Of a stretch of 64,000 nt of DNA, positions 11,032 to 23,071 are shown in pieces (the first letter of the stretch is position 1; every line of letters begins with the position of its first letter). Source of the DNA: a virus. Taxonomy: Duplodnaviria; Heunggongvirae; Uroviricota; Caudoviricetes. The translations under genes were made by a program, and so were the position numbers. The stretch lies in IMG/VR virus record IMGVR_UViG_3300033463_000007, positions 1-64,000 of that record. One strand, 5' to 3'. Under the pieces are notes generated by a model that saw nothing but the letters and a program-made list of their open reading frames with translations, was not told the origin of the DNA and made no database searches.

Positions 11032-13047
11032 ATGCAAAAAGAAATTACTATTCTTAATAATGATTTATTTGAAGATCTTACCTCTAAGTATCCAGATTTT
11101 GATTTTCAGCTTTGTATACCAACAGAAGAAGATTTTAATAAAATAACAACTAGATTTTTAGACTATAAAACAAATAAAGAAAATGCTGATTATATTAGTA
11201 CTCCCTGAGGGTTAGCACGTAGTGTCAAAAATAAATATAAGCAAATTAAATATTTTATAGTCGCAAAACTTATAGGATATGATGAATTAGTATTTGCATT
11301 ACAAAAAGAACTTAAAAAAAATTTTGTCAAAGACGATATAGTTGAAATTTTTAATTATATTAAATTACATTCTAATGAGCTTGCTAATTATGCTAATGCT
11401 GCTAAAAAATATATAGGTATGAAAACAGAGCCATTAACAGAAGCTAGTAATAATATGTCACCTTATGATAAGATGAAAGCTTTTGATCAGGGACAACGTA
11501 GAGAAAATGTTAAAGCTTGTGGTGAAGTAAAACTTTGTGATTATTATCGACTTTGTGCAAATTATAATTTTGAAAATGCCCGGCAGCAAATAGGTGCGGA
11601 ACTAATTAAACGTGGCCTAGGTAGATTTTTATTTATAGGCTCTTTAACAAAACTTCCAGATTTACAACCCACAGATTTTAAAAATTTAGATGCCTTTAAT
11701 GTTAATAATAAAACCGCTGTAGAGTTAATTCGTGATTTTGAAGAAAATCCAATACCAATTGAAACAGCCATAATTGGATTAATTAAAACTTTAATGCTTG
11801 CTTTATGTCTTAGAAAGACTGATTATGTAGAAGAATTAAAAAATTATTTAGTTGGTAAAGGCTTACTTAAGGGTGATTTTTTAAAAAATTATATCAAAAT
11901 TGCAATAAATAATCCACAAATTAATCTTGCTATTTCTAATATACTAAAAGATAATTTACATGAAGCTATAGAAAAGCATGATAAATTAAACCCTAAGCTA
12001 TGGAATGTAGATGCTACTTTAAAATCAGAAGTTAAAGATAAGATTTTAGAAATTGTTAAAGAGTTTGAAACTAACTTAGCTGAAGACAATATTAAGTTTA
12101 ATGTAAAAGATATAATTTTAGTTGGTTCAAATGTTAATTATAATTATACAAAAGATAGTGATTTAGACATTCATATTATTACAGATACTAGCTCATTAAA
12201 TTGTCCGGATAATTTATATCCTGCTTTATATTCTGCTTATAGAAGTTTATTTAATAAAAATCTTGATATTGAATTTTATGGAATTCCTGTAGAAATCTAT
12301 ATTGAAACAGAAGAATCACCAAGAGTAAGTAATGGCTGCTATTCAGTATCTCAAGATAAATGAATTAATGAGCCTAAAATTGAAAATATTCCAGACTATG
12401 ATGAAGAACAACTCAATAATTTAATTATGGAATGAGAAACTAAATATCATGAACTACTAAATAAAGATAATTTAACTGCTGATGATATTAACTCATTTAT
12501 TGAACAAATTTATGAGCTTAGAAAAGAAGGTCTTGCATCCGGCTCCGAATGAGATGTTAAAAATTTAACCTTTAAAGAATTTCGTAATAGAGGATACTTA
12601 GATCATCTTAAAGAGCTTAAAAATGAAATTAGGGGAAAAGAATTATCTTTGGAAAGCCTTGCAGAAGATACTGAAAAAGTTAAAGATCATAAATGAGTGA
12701 ATAAAGGTAAAGAAGGTACTCATGGAGAATTTAAAACTAAAAAAGAAGCAGATGCTCAAAGAAAAGCGATGTTTGCAAATGGTTTTCATGAAGATTATGA
12801 TACGATAGAACAATATAAAACTAAATTAAGACAAATTACTCATTATATTCCAATGATTCAAGAAAATGGATTGTTTGAACTTTATAATATTCCTGAGACA
12901 GATGTTTATTCTATAATGAATAAACTCAATCAATTGTCAGAAGTAGAATGAGTTCAAAAAGCACAATCTTCATTTGATTTTAATCATTTTACAATGAGTG
13001 GTCAACCAAAATCAAGATATAAAATTTATGGTCAACTAAAATTTTAA
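11032..13047 (+). CDS. Multi-domain protein with a Pol-beta-superfamily nucleotidyltransferase domain (671 aa, code 4)
   Basis: DIILVGSNVNYNYTKDSDLDIHII (hGS..DxD) and third acidic residue in GIPVEIYIE; single frame across in-frame TGAs. Confidence 0.85.
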
Positions 13048-13076
13048 TAAAATAGATTAAATAAAAAGTTCATAAG

Positions 13077-13110
13077 AAGAGAGAATTTAAATAATTCTCT
13101 CTTTTATTTT
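13077..13110 (+). terminator. Intrinsic terminator
   Basis: AAGAGAGAATT-TAAAT-AATTCTCTCTT followed by a T-rich tail. Confidence 0.75.
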
Positions 13111-13240
13111 TAAAAGACATGCTATTATGAGATATTTAAGTTTAAAACAATGTCCTATCTTTAAAGAAAATGGATTTTTTTGATTACATCAGAATATAGT
13201 GAACAAATTTATCTAACAACTTTTGAAAAATCATTTCATT

Positions 13241-13268
13241 AAGAAGTGGCTTATAAGCCGCTTCTTTT
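13241..13268 (+). terminator. Intrinsic terminator
   Basis: AAGAAGTGGCTT-AT-AAGCCGCTTCTT followed by TT. Confidence 0.7.
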
Positions 13269-13281
13269 ATAAAAAAATATT

Positions 13282-13297
13282 TGCTAAATTATACGAA
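13282..13297 (+). promoter_or_regulatory. Putative late promoter motif (TGCTAAATTATACGAA)
   Basis: Copy of GCTAAATTA upstream of the AGGAG RBS of the Nudix gene. Confidence 0.7.
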
Positions 13298-13322
13298 TAA
13301 TTAAAAAGTTTAGGAGTATTTT

Positions 13323-14690
13323 ATGATACTTAATATAGAAAAACGCCCATGAACAGAAGAAGATATTGAATATTGATTAAATACTTCTGATGGCACAATA
13401 AATGAATTAATAAAATTTAATGATAAATATACTAGACTTCGTGCTGGGATTATTGTTATAAAAGATAATTTAATTCTTTTAAGTAGAGAACGTGATAAGC
13501 CAGATGAATTTGCAATTCCTGGCGGTGGAATTGAACCTGGGGAAACCCCAGTAGAAGCAGCTATACGTGAGGCGGCAGAAGAGGTAAATATTCTTATAAC
13601 TAATCCACAAGAAACTGGTTATGATTATTGCTTATGTGAAGATGAACCTTATGATTGAGTAAAAAATAATGTACCAAAAAATAAATGATGGTATAATTAT
13701 TATACTTGTTTGATTATTGGTAACTATGCTGGTCCATATAAAGGACAAATTGATAAACAAGACCTAGATCCAGCGATGAAGAATAATGCAAAATGGTATA
13801 AAATTACTGAGGTGATAAATGCCCCAACCTTTAAAGAGCAGTGAAAAAGAGCATTAATTAAATTTGGTTATTATAAAAGAGCTCTACAAGAAGACACCAG
13901 GTCTCAATTGATAGGAGCTTCACGAAATGCAGGTGCTTACATAAATCAAAGTCGTGGAAAAAACCGTTGAGATAGAAAAAAGTATTCTAAAGTTGCTAAT
14001 TCTGTAAAAAACTTTAACCAAATAAATATGGATCAGTTTTTTAAGCAAGATTTGCTTGAAATCAATATTCCAGTACAAGGTGAAACTAATGCCTATACAG
14101 TTACTATGAAGCTTAATGGTGTAGTAGCTGAAATTGCTAAAAATATTAAAAATAATTCTAATAAATTTGAATATCGCACAGTATTACAAGCTTTAACAAA
14201 AATATTTAATACAACTAATGTTTATATTAGCTGTAGCTGCCCCGACTTTCAGTTTACTTATAAACACTATTCAATTATTAACAATTGAGGTACAGAGGAT
14301 ACAGCAAGTGATCCAGGTCCGGGGAAGGGTATTAAAAATCCAAATAATGATAAAGGAAAAGGTTGTAAACATTGTCTTTTGGTTCTAAATAATCAGAGTT
14401 GATTAATGAAACTTACTTCCACAATTTATAATTATATAAATTATATGTCAACTAATATGCCAAAACCTTTTCAAAAACTTATTTTTCCTAAATTATACGG
14501 AATACCTTATGATGATGCCATTGAAAATAACCTGGTCCCAGAAGATACTAAATTAGAGTCTGAAAAACATATTATAGATGTAATTAATGATTGAGCTAAA
14601 AATAGAGGTAAGTTTAAACCAGGTACTAATAAGAATCCGGTAAGCAATGCTAATAAGGATAAAAAAGAAGATTCTACTGAAAATAAGTAA
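13323..14690 (+). CDS. Nudix hydrolase fused to a SWIM-type zinc finger domain (455 aa, code 4)
   Basis: Nudix box GGIEPGETPVEAAIREAAEEVNI; later YISCSCPDF...NP....GCKH. Mostly absent from the code-11 ORF track. Confidence 0.85.
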
Positions 14691-14698
14691 TGTAATTA

Positions 14699-14715
14699 AA
14701 TATTGTATAATATAA
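14699..14715 (+). promoter_or_regulatory. Putative TATAAT-type promoter (AATATTGTATAATATAA) upstream of terminase
   Basis: Identical 17-mer at 25990-26006 upstream of fhs. Confidence 0.45.
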
Positions 14716-14746
14716 AGAAGATTTATATAAATTGAGGATTAAACAG

Positions 14747-17700
14747 ATGATATCTGATAATTTAAATATAGAAGCTTTTAATAATTTATCAGAACAAGAA
14801 AAACAAGTTGCCTTGGAAATATTAAAACAGTATTCACAAGAAGGTAATTCTGAATTATTAGAGCAACTAAAATATTACGATTTTGAAGAAATACCTGTAG
14901 ATATTACAACATTTCTTCATGATAGACGATATCTTGGTAATGGACTTTATGATAATGAAGGACGCTTTACAGTCTTTCCGTATTGAGAAAAAACATTACA
15001 AGATATTTTCCCAGACAATTTAACAACAAAATATAATACTATTATTCTTCATGGTGCTATAGGTATTGGTAAAGCCCAACCATTAGATTCTTTAGTATTA
15101 ACCGAATTTGGATTTAAAAAAATGGGAGAGCTCTCTTTAGTGGATAAAGTATTTGGACGTGACGGGAAATTACATAATATTCTCGGTATTTTCCCGCAGG
15201 GTAAAAAACAAATTTGCAGAGTAACCTTTACAGATAATACTTCTACTCTTTGTTGTGATCAGCATCTTTGGACGGTCTATAACACTAAAAACAAAGCATG
15301 AACTACTATTGAGACTCGACAATTACTAGATGGAACTAGAAATTTAAACCATGCGACGGGACATCGTTATAAAATTCCAATGACAACTCCAGTCGCATTT
15401 AATAGTCAATCGGTTAGCATTGATCCTTATGTTTTAGGTGTTTTAATAGGAGATGGCTCGTTAACTACCAATGCTATTACATTTGCAAGTGCAGATAAAG
15501 AAATTATAGAAACTGTTCGTGCAAAATTAGCTACAGGCTATGAACTGCGTAAACTAAGAAATAAATATACTTATAGTATTTGCAAACAAAAAAACACAAC
15601 TTATTATAACAAAGAAACTAACACTCATATACCAACAAAAAATATATATACGGAAGCAATACAAAAACTTGCTTTAAACACTAAAGCTCAATATAAACAT
15701 ATACCAACTGAATATTTAATAAATGATGTTGAAACACGTATTGCATTACTTCAAGGTTTGATGGATACAGATGGTTCTATTACTAAAGATGGATCAGTAA
15801 TAACTTTTACAACCACTAGTGCTGCTTTGAAAGATGATTTTGTATTTTTAGTTCAATCTTTGGGCGGAATTTGTCATATAAGAACAAAAACACCAAAATA
15901 TTTTAATAAAAAATATAATGAATACCGCCAAGGCTTATTAACTTACAATATTGGAATTAAATTACCAAAAAGTATTAGTCCATTTAAGTTAACTAGAAAA
16001 GTAAACAGATTAAATACGAAGGCATTAGAACCATTTCGTTATATCAAAAATATTGAATATGTTGATAAGCAAGAATGTCAGTGTATTTATATTGATAGTG
16101 AAGAGCATCTATATTTAACAAATGATTTTATTGTCACACATAATACTTTAGTGGCTGTGCTTTGTGTACTATATATGCTATATAGACTTTTATGCTTAAA
16201 AGATCCATATACTTATTATGGCATGCAGTTAATTGATAAACTATCAATTTCTTTTATGAACATTACACTTGAAAATGCAAAAGGTGTAGCACTTGATAAA
16301 ATGAATCAATTAATTTTATCAAGTGAATGATTTTTAGCTCATGGAGAAATGTCTGGTAAAACAAACTTAATATATAGACCAAATAAACATATAGAATTTG
16401 TTACTGCTTCTAGTAACAACCAAATAATTGGTCGTGCAATTTTCTGTCTTGATGGAGAGACTATTATAAAGACAACTGAGGGCTATTCTAAATTAGTAGA
16501 TCTAGTTGATAAAGATATTAAAGTTATCTCAGTTGATGATATGGGTAAAAAAGTTATTAGTGATAGGTGTACAGTAAAGCCGACTATTAAAACTTCTGAA
16601 GAATATCAAATTGAGCTTGAAGATGGCACTATTATTAAATGTACATCAAACCATAAATTATTGCTTAAAAATGGTTCATATAAAGAGGCCCAAAATCTAA
16701 CAGAAGAAGATGAATTAGCTGAGATCCAAGTCACTTATGAAGAATTTATAAGTAGTATGAAGATTAAATCAATTAAAAAAGTTATACTAGCTGAGCCTAA
16801 ACAATACTATGATATAATAGAAGCTGCGCCATATCATAATTTTATTATTAAAACAAATAATTCTGAAATTATTTCACATAATTGTAATTTTAGTGATGAG
16901 GTTAACTTTGCAATATTCAATGACCCAGAGAAACAAAAGAAAAAAATGATGAAACTACTTACACAAGTAGATGCTCGTCAAAGATCGCGTTTCTTAAGAG
17001 GTACTTATTTACCTACATTAAATATTTTAGCTTCATCTGCAGATACACAACAATCTTTCTTACAAGCATATATTAAACAAAAAAGAGAAGCTGAATCTAC
17101 TACTACTTTAATTGTAGAAGAGCCTCAATGAGTAGTTGATAGTAGAAAAGATACTCCTGAAAAGTTTTATGTAGGAATTGGAAATAGATTACTTCCAAAT
17201 GAGCTATTTCCATTAGATGTAACTGAAGCGGAAATTGATGTAGCTCGAAATAAAGGTTATCAAATTTGGAAAGTTCCTATGGGTTATTTAGAAACTTTCC
17301 AACAAAACCTTGATGAGGCAATTTGTTCCATTATTGGTATCTCAACAGATAGTTCTTTAAAATATATTTCCGGTGACAGACTACAACAAATAAAGGTTAA
17401 CACCTATTTAAATCCATTTATAAAAGATATTATTGAAGTTGGCAATGGAAAAGATGATTTTTTACAATATGCTAATTTCTTTGATAAGAATCGAATTAAT
17501 CCAGATGATGTTGGAAAACCGTTATTTATTCACTTAGACTTATCATTATCTGGTGACAAAACAGGCATTGCCGGTACTTGAATTACAGGTAAGAGACCAA
17601 CTATTGTACAGCAGTCATTATTAACAAATGGAGAAGAAAATACTGTTGATTATTCACTTGATTTACAGTATAAACTAGCTTTTTCTGTTTCAATTAAGGC

Positions 17701-18319
17701 TCCCAAGGGTACTCAAGTATCTTTTGAAAAAACAAGAACCTTTATTAGATGGTTACGAGATCAGGGTTTTGCAATAAAAGTAATATCTGCAGATACTTAT
17801 AATTCCGCACCAATATTACAAGAATTAAAAGCTGATGGTTTTAGAACAGAAATTGTTTCTGTAGACCGTGTAGATGCAAGAACAAAAATACAACAACAAT
17901 ATGCTTATTTTAAATCAGCTATCTATGAGCGACGAGTTGAAATTTATGAAAAATGTGATTTACTAACGGAAGAAATTCTTCAGCTTGAGCGACTTGGAAA
18001 TGGTAAAATAGAGCATGAAGATGCAGGTAAACGTGGCAGTAAAGACCAATGTGATGCATTTTGTGGAAGTTTATGATCAGCAAGTAGATTTGCAGAAGAA
18101 TATTCCTATTCATATGGCGATAATTTATCTGTATCATTAGATGCAAATTCAGATGCTATTGATAATTATAATAAACAGCAATTTATTGCAGCTTTTGAAC
18201 AGGAACTACAATCTATACAAAATGAATTTACTAAAGTAAATAAATTAAAAGATCAGCAACAACAAGAAGAGTGACAATACTATCAAGATATATCAGATGG
18301 CATAATTGTTATTAATTAA
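14747..18319 (+). CDS. terL: Terminase large subunit with two inteins (1190 aa precursor, code 4)
   Basis: Walker A GAIGIGK|T, Walker B AIF|CNFSDE, RNase H-like nuclease IHLDLSLSGD and SKDQCDA; directly upstream of portal. Confidence 0.92.
15074..16144 (+). mobile_element. Class 3-type intein with LAGLIDADG homing endonuclease (357 aa) in TerL Walker A
   Basis: Starts AQPLDS (Ala1); block B DQHLW; block F ECQCIYID; ends IVTHN|T. LAGLIDADG motifs LGVLIGDGS and LQGLMDTDGS. Confidence 0.92.
16445..16882 (+). mobile_element. Mini-intein (146 aa, class 1) at TerL Walker B
   Basis: Starts CLDGET; block B CTSNH; block F YYDI; ends ISHN|C; no endonuclease domain. Confidence 0.92.
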
Positions 18320-18397
18320 AAATAAATAATTTAAATTATTTATGTATCTATAATAAACAAGATTTGTATAAAGTCTTATAGGAGAAAACAGTAAAAA

Positions 18398-20332
18398 ATG
18401 GCAGATAATAAAATTAAAATTAATAATCCATTAATTGGTGCACAAGCAGTTCCAACAGTGTTGGATAAAACTACAAAAATAGATATCGATGTAGAAAAAC
18501 AATTTGTAGATAATATTCTAGAGGCTGGATTAACAGGACATTTAGATACTACCGCATTGGAAGAGTTTACATCAATTTCTAATGCAAGAGATCAAATTTA
18601 TCAATTAATAGATATTATGATGAAAGATGCAACAGTATCTTCTATTGTACGTACTTATGCAGAAGAAGTATGTGAAACAGCTGATAATGGTCATATTATA
18701 TGATGTGAATCCAATGATCCAAAAATAAGTAAATTTGTAAACTATTTGCTTAATGTTATGAATATTGATAAAAATATTTTTAGATGGGCTTATAGTTTAA
18801 TTGAATATGGTGATGTTTATATAAGACTTTATCGTGAATCTGATTATAAAGATAATATATTTAAAAAAGATAATGTTGATAAGGCTGAAACTGCCTTTCA
18901 TAGAACAACTTTAAATGAAGATTTAGAAAAAACAAATGAATCTGTTTATTTAAATATTCATGCACTTAATGATCCATATAGTTATTATGTTGAAATGGTG
19001 CCTGACCCTGGAACTATGTTTGAGTTAACCAAATTTGGTAAAACTTATGGTTATATTGAAACACCAAACATGGAATCTAAGATAGATAATCTTAATACAT
19101 ATTTGAATAACAACTTAACAGCAGGTACTTATAATTATAAATTAAAAACAAATGATGTAAATGTATATCAAGCAGATGATTTTGTTCATGCTTGCTTAGA
19201 TGATAACTTTACCCGGTATCCAGAAAGAGTAGATATCTTTTTAACTGATGATGATTATAAAGCAGGTCTTAACTCCCAATCATATTCTGTTAGACGCGGT
19301 AAATCAATGTTATATGACATTTATAAAGTATGAAGAGAAAAAACATTATTAGAAAATTCAGCTTTACTAAATAGAGTAACACGTTCAAGTTTGGTACGTA
19401 CTATTCAAGTAGAAGTTGGTGATATGCCAAAATCTCAGGTTAAAAATACCTTAAGACGTGTAAAAGAATTAATGGAACAAAAATCAGCTATAAATACTGA
19501 TCAAGGCATGATAGAATATACTAATCCAGGACCTATCGAAAATAATATTTATTTAGCTACTCATAATGGACAAGGTGCTGTTACTATTGGTCAAGTTGGT
19601 GGTGATGTTGATGTTAAAGGTTTAGCAGACCTAGATTATTGAGTAAATAAATTTTATGGTGCTTTTGGTATTCCAAAACAATATTTCTCTTATACTGATG
19701 ATGGTGCTGGTTTTAATGGCGGAACTTCATTAACAATTTTATCTAGTATTTTTGCACAAGGTGTTAAGCGCGTACAAAATGCTTTATTACAAAGTATTAC
19801 TGATATTATTAATTTAATACTACTTAATAAAGGATGTAAGTCTTATCTTAATAATTTTGTGTTAAAAATGAAAACACCTATGACTCAGGAAGAAAAAGAT
19901 TATCGAGAGGATTTAACAAATAGAATTTCTGCAATTAGCAATATGCAATCTTTATTTGCTGATATTGAAAATCGTGGAAGAAAATTAGAAATTTTAAAAT
20001 CACTTGTTACAACATTAAATTATGGTGATGATATATTAGATATTATTGATGCTGAAATTGAAGCTGCTAATAAACAAGCCGAAGAAGAAGTGAAAGCGGC
20101 TGCTGCGGAAGCAGAAGAAAGCACAGAAAATCCTGAAAACTCTGAAGCACCTGAAAACTTTGATGATTTATCATTAGGAACGCCAGAAGAAGTTGGCTCA
20201 GCAGAAGAAAGTTTTACAGCAACTAGTGATAATATTTTATTAGAAGAGGCTCAAGATTTTTTAGTAGAAGATGATATGCTACCAACACCAGAGCAGCTAG
20301 ATCCACATAAAGATTTTTCACAAAATAAATAA
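18398..20332 (+). CDS. Portal protein, T4 gp20-like (644 aa, code 4)
   Basis: GKSMLYDIYKV(W)REKTLLENSALLNRVTRS..RTIQVEVGDMP and DLDY(W)VNKFYGAFGIPK resemble gp20 motifs; follows terL. Confidence 0.88.
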
Positions 20333-20352
20333 TAAAATAGGAGTAATGTAAT

Positions 20353-20829
20353 ATGCTTACAAGAAATGATTGTTTATCAATCTTGGTAAAATTAGAAGAT
20401 AACGGAATTAATATAGATTCTTATATGAAAAAATTATTAATCTCACCAGATATTCCACTAGAAGTATTACAGTTTATTATACAAAATCAAGGGGTTGAGG
20501 TAACTAATTTTTATGAAATGTTAAGAAAAAAACATAACAAAAATAGATCACCATTATATACAAATATCTTAAAAGAAAAAAATAGTCTTAATGATGTTAC
20601 AACTACTTTGGTTTGTTTATTAACACAAATTGTTTTATATAGTAATAAACTAACTGATACAAAAGATTCCTTTTTAAAAGAAGTTAGAGCGGAGGAAATT
20701 TCTAGAGTTTTAAATACTTATTTTAAAACAAGCGAAATTACTGAGTGTATTGAACTTTTAAGATTAATCAAAACTGATATTTTAGTTTTAGAATATTTAA
20801 ATAATAAACGAGAATTAACTGTAGACTAA
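20353..20829 (+). CDS. Hypothetical protein (158 aa)
   Basis: AGGAG RBS; uninterrupted ORF between portal and a terminator. Confidence 0.8.
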   Translation: MLTRNDCLSILVKLEDNGINIDSYMKKLLISPDIPLEVLQFIIQNQGVEVTNFYEMLRKKHNKNRSPLYTNILKEKNSLNDVTTTLVCLLTQIVLYSNKLTDTKDSFLKEVRAEEISRVLNTYFKTSEITECIELLRLIKTDILVLEYLNNKRELTVD

Positions 20830-20852
20830 AATAAATCTAGAATAAATAATAT

Positions 20853-20891
20853 AAAACCAGAAAGTAAAAAATTAACTTTCTGGTTTTTTTT
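20853..20891 (+). terminator. Intrinsic terminator
   Basis: AAAACCAGAAAGT...ACTTTCTGGTTTT followed by a T run. Confidence 0.8.
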
Positions 20892-20901
20892 ATATTTTTA
20901 C

Positions 20902-20917
20902 TGCTAAATTAATTGAT
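20902..20917 (+). promoter_or_regulatory. Putative late promoter motif (TGCTAAATTAATTGAT), head operon
   Basis: Exact copy of the 2983 motif, upstream of the protease and capsid genes. Confidence 0.75.
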
Positions 20918-20976
20918 AGATTGAGAAATCTAAAAATAAATAATTAATATATTTATTATTTGAGGAGAAATAAATT

Positions 20977-21219
20977 ATGTTACTTTATACAAAAGTTATT
21001 GATGGGGTTAGAAAGATTTACGGTACTACAGCGGATATTCCTGCAGATACTGATGTAGAAATTACTTGTAAGGATACTGATGGTAATATTGTTACTCCTG
21101 TTGCTGGTGATTCTTTTGTAGATGCTGGTAATGGTGGTATTCTTTGAATAGCTGCTAATGGAGAGAAGAAAGAAATTACTGTCTCAATTGCAGATACAGA
21201 GGTTATTCCTCAGGTATAA
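20977..21219 (+). CDS. Small protein (80 aa, code 4), possible head decoration/accessory protein
   Basis: GAGGAG RBS; MLLYTKVIDGVRKIYG...; one in-frame TGA; first gene of the head operon. Function is inferred from position only. Confidence 0.75.
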
Positions 21220-21249
21220 AATAATTGTTCATAAGGAGAAATAAAGCAG

Positions 21250-23019
21250 ATGAATAATAGAGATATTGTAGAAGCTTTTCATTTAACTCCTTTAAGTGAG
21301 GAGGAAAAAACTTCTAAGCATATATTAGGCAGGCTTTATGGTCCCATTGCAACCTGTACAGAAAGTACGCGTAATGGCAGGCGCTATAATAAAGTACTTT
21401 GGGAACGAGCATTAAGTGATGAGTTAATGCAAGAAAAAATTAAAAATAAATGTTTATTTCTTGAATTAGGACATCCTGTTGATCGTGAAGAAGTTGATAT
21501 GACTAAAGTATGCGCTTGCATTCCGGAGTTACCTAAAATTATAGATAATGATTTATATGCTTATGTTGATATACTAGATACTCCAAATGGTAAAATCTTA
21601 AAAACACTTTGTGATTATGGTTTTACCCCTGGAATTTCCTCCAGAGGCTCTGGTGATGTTGATATAAATAATGATGTAGACCCTGAAACTTTTTATTTAG
21701 AAACATTTGATATAGTAAATCTTCCAGCAGTTAAAAAAGCAAGACTTGCAATGTGTGAAAGTTTAAATAATAAGAAAACTTTAAAACAAGCTCTCACAGA
21801 GTCCTTAAAAAATGCCGGAGAGAAAGATAAAGAGATTATGAAAGAAGCGTTAGATAATTTAGATATTAAGGTTGAAGAAACTGATGAAAAGGATATTCCC
21901 TGGGCTGCTGATGAGGAAGAATCATCAGTATTAGTAGAAGCTAATGATGAAGTTGATGAAGAGTCCACAGAAGACACCGATGATATAGAAGCTGAAGAGT
22001 CTGATGAATATTCTGATTTTGATATTGTTAGTGACGCTGCTACAGTTGGAGATCTTATTAAAGAATTTGAGGACTATGATAAAGATTTACAACTTGAGTT
22101 TGCTCCAATAGATATTAATGGCCAAGAAATTAAAATAAATGGTTTAGGGTTTGATCCTTCTGAAGAGGGAAAATTAGTACTTTCAATTGGTTATTCCCAA
22201 GAAATTGGTGATAATATAGATGATGCTGAAGTAACTGATGAGGCTACTGATGAAATTGAGTCAGAAGAAACTGAAGAAAATTCAGAGACAGTCGATGATG
22301 TTGAGGACACTGAAGTTGATGAGGTTTTGGAAAATTTAAAAGAAGCAATTCGTCAGAAAAATTTATTTGAACAAGAGCTTAAAACTTTAAAGAATGAACA
22401 AACAGTCCGTGATACAGAAGTAAGTACATTAAAAGAAGAAGTTAATCGTTATAAAACGGCTTTCGCTAGAACAAGTAAATTAGCTGCAGATGCTACAAAG
22501 CTCAGAGAAAAAATACAACATAAAGATGTAGAAATTCGAAAATTAAAAACTGAAGCTTCTACACGTTTAACTGAAAGCATTGAAACAAATACCTCAACAA
22601 TTAATATGCTTTCTGAAAAGCTCAAAGCTAGTCAAGCTGAAATTGAGAGTTTAAATGCTAAACTTGAAGAACAAGCAAACACTTATAATAAGAAATTAAA
22701 TTCTTATATAAAAACAGCTAGGTCTTATCAGGCTAAGTATAATGAAGCAATGGACAAATATATTGAATACAGAGCTTCAATGCTGGGAGTTAGACCTGTA
22801 GAAATTAAAAATAAACTAACTGAAAACTTCACTCCAGCTGATATTGAAACCGCTTGTGATGCAGTATTAGATGAGAGTATGAATTTAAGTAAGCTTCCAT
22901 TTGGATTAGAGAAACATTCTAGAATTCAGATAAATGAATCCAAGTCAGCTAAGAAATCCACAGTTGAGGGTGGTTATGATATTGATGATTCATTATTAGA
23001 GCTTGCTGGATTAAAGTAA
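21250..23019 (+). CDS. Prohead protease (T4 gp21-like) fused to acidic/coiled-coil scaffold
   Basis: TRNGRRY, LELGHP, GISSRGSG, ETFDIV..PA; C-terminal two-thirds acidic then coiled coil with many L/I-x-E sites. Confidence 0.9.
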   Translation: MNNRDIVEAFHLTPLSEEEKTSKHILGRLYGPIATCTESTRNGRRYNKVLWERALSDELMQEKIKNKCLFLELGHPVDREEVDMTKVCACIPELPKIIDNDLYAYVDILDTPNGKILKTLCDYGFTPGISSRGSGDVDINNDVDPETFYLETFDIVNLPAVKKARLAMCESLNNKKTLKQALTESLKNAGEKDKEIMKEALDNLDIKVEETDEKDIPWAADEEESSVLVEANDEVDEESTEDTDDIEAEESDEYSDFDIVSDAATVGDLIKEFEDYDKDLQLEFAPIDINGQEIKINGLGFDPSEEGKLVLSIGYSQEIGDNIDDAEVTDEATDEIESEETEENSETVDDVEDTEVDEVLENLKEAIRQKNLFEQELKTLKNEQTVRDTEVSTLKEEVNRYKTAFARTSKLAADATKLREKIQHKDVEIRKLKTEASTRLTESIETNTSTINMLSEKLKASQAEIESLNAKLEEQANTYNKKLNSYIKTARSYQAKYNEAMDKYIEYRASMLGVRPVEIKNKLTENFTPADIETACDAVLDESMNLSKLPFGLEKHSRIQINESKSAKKSTVEGGYDIDDSLLELAGLK

Positions 23020-23071
23020 TTTGTTAATATTTAAAAATTAAAAATCAAAAAATTATAGGAGAAAATTCACA

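Noticed and set aside
13104-13240. About 140 nt between two terminators, possible small gene or sRNA
   Set aside because: Only ORFs under 30 codons without an RBS on either strand, and no clear structure.
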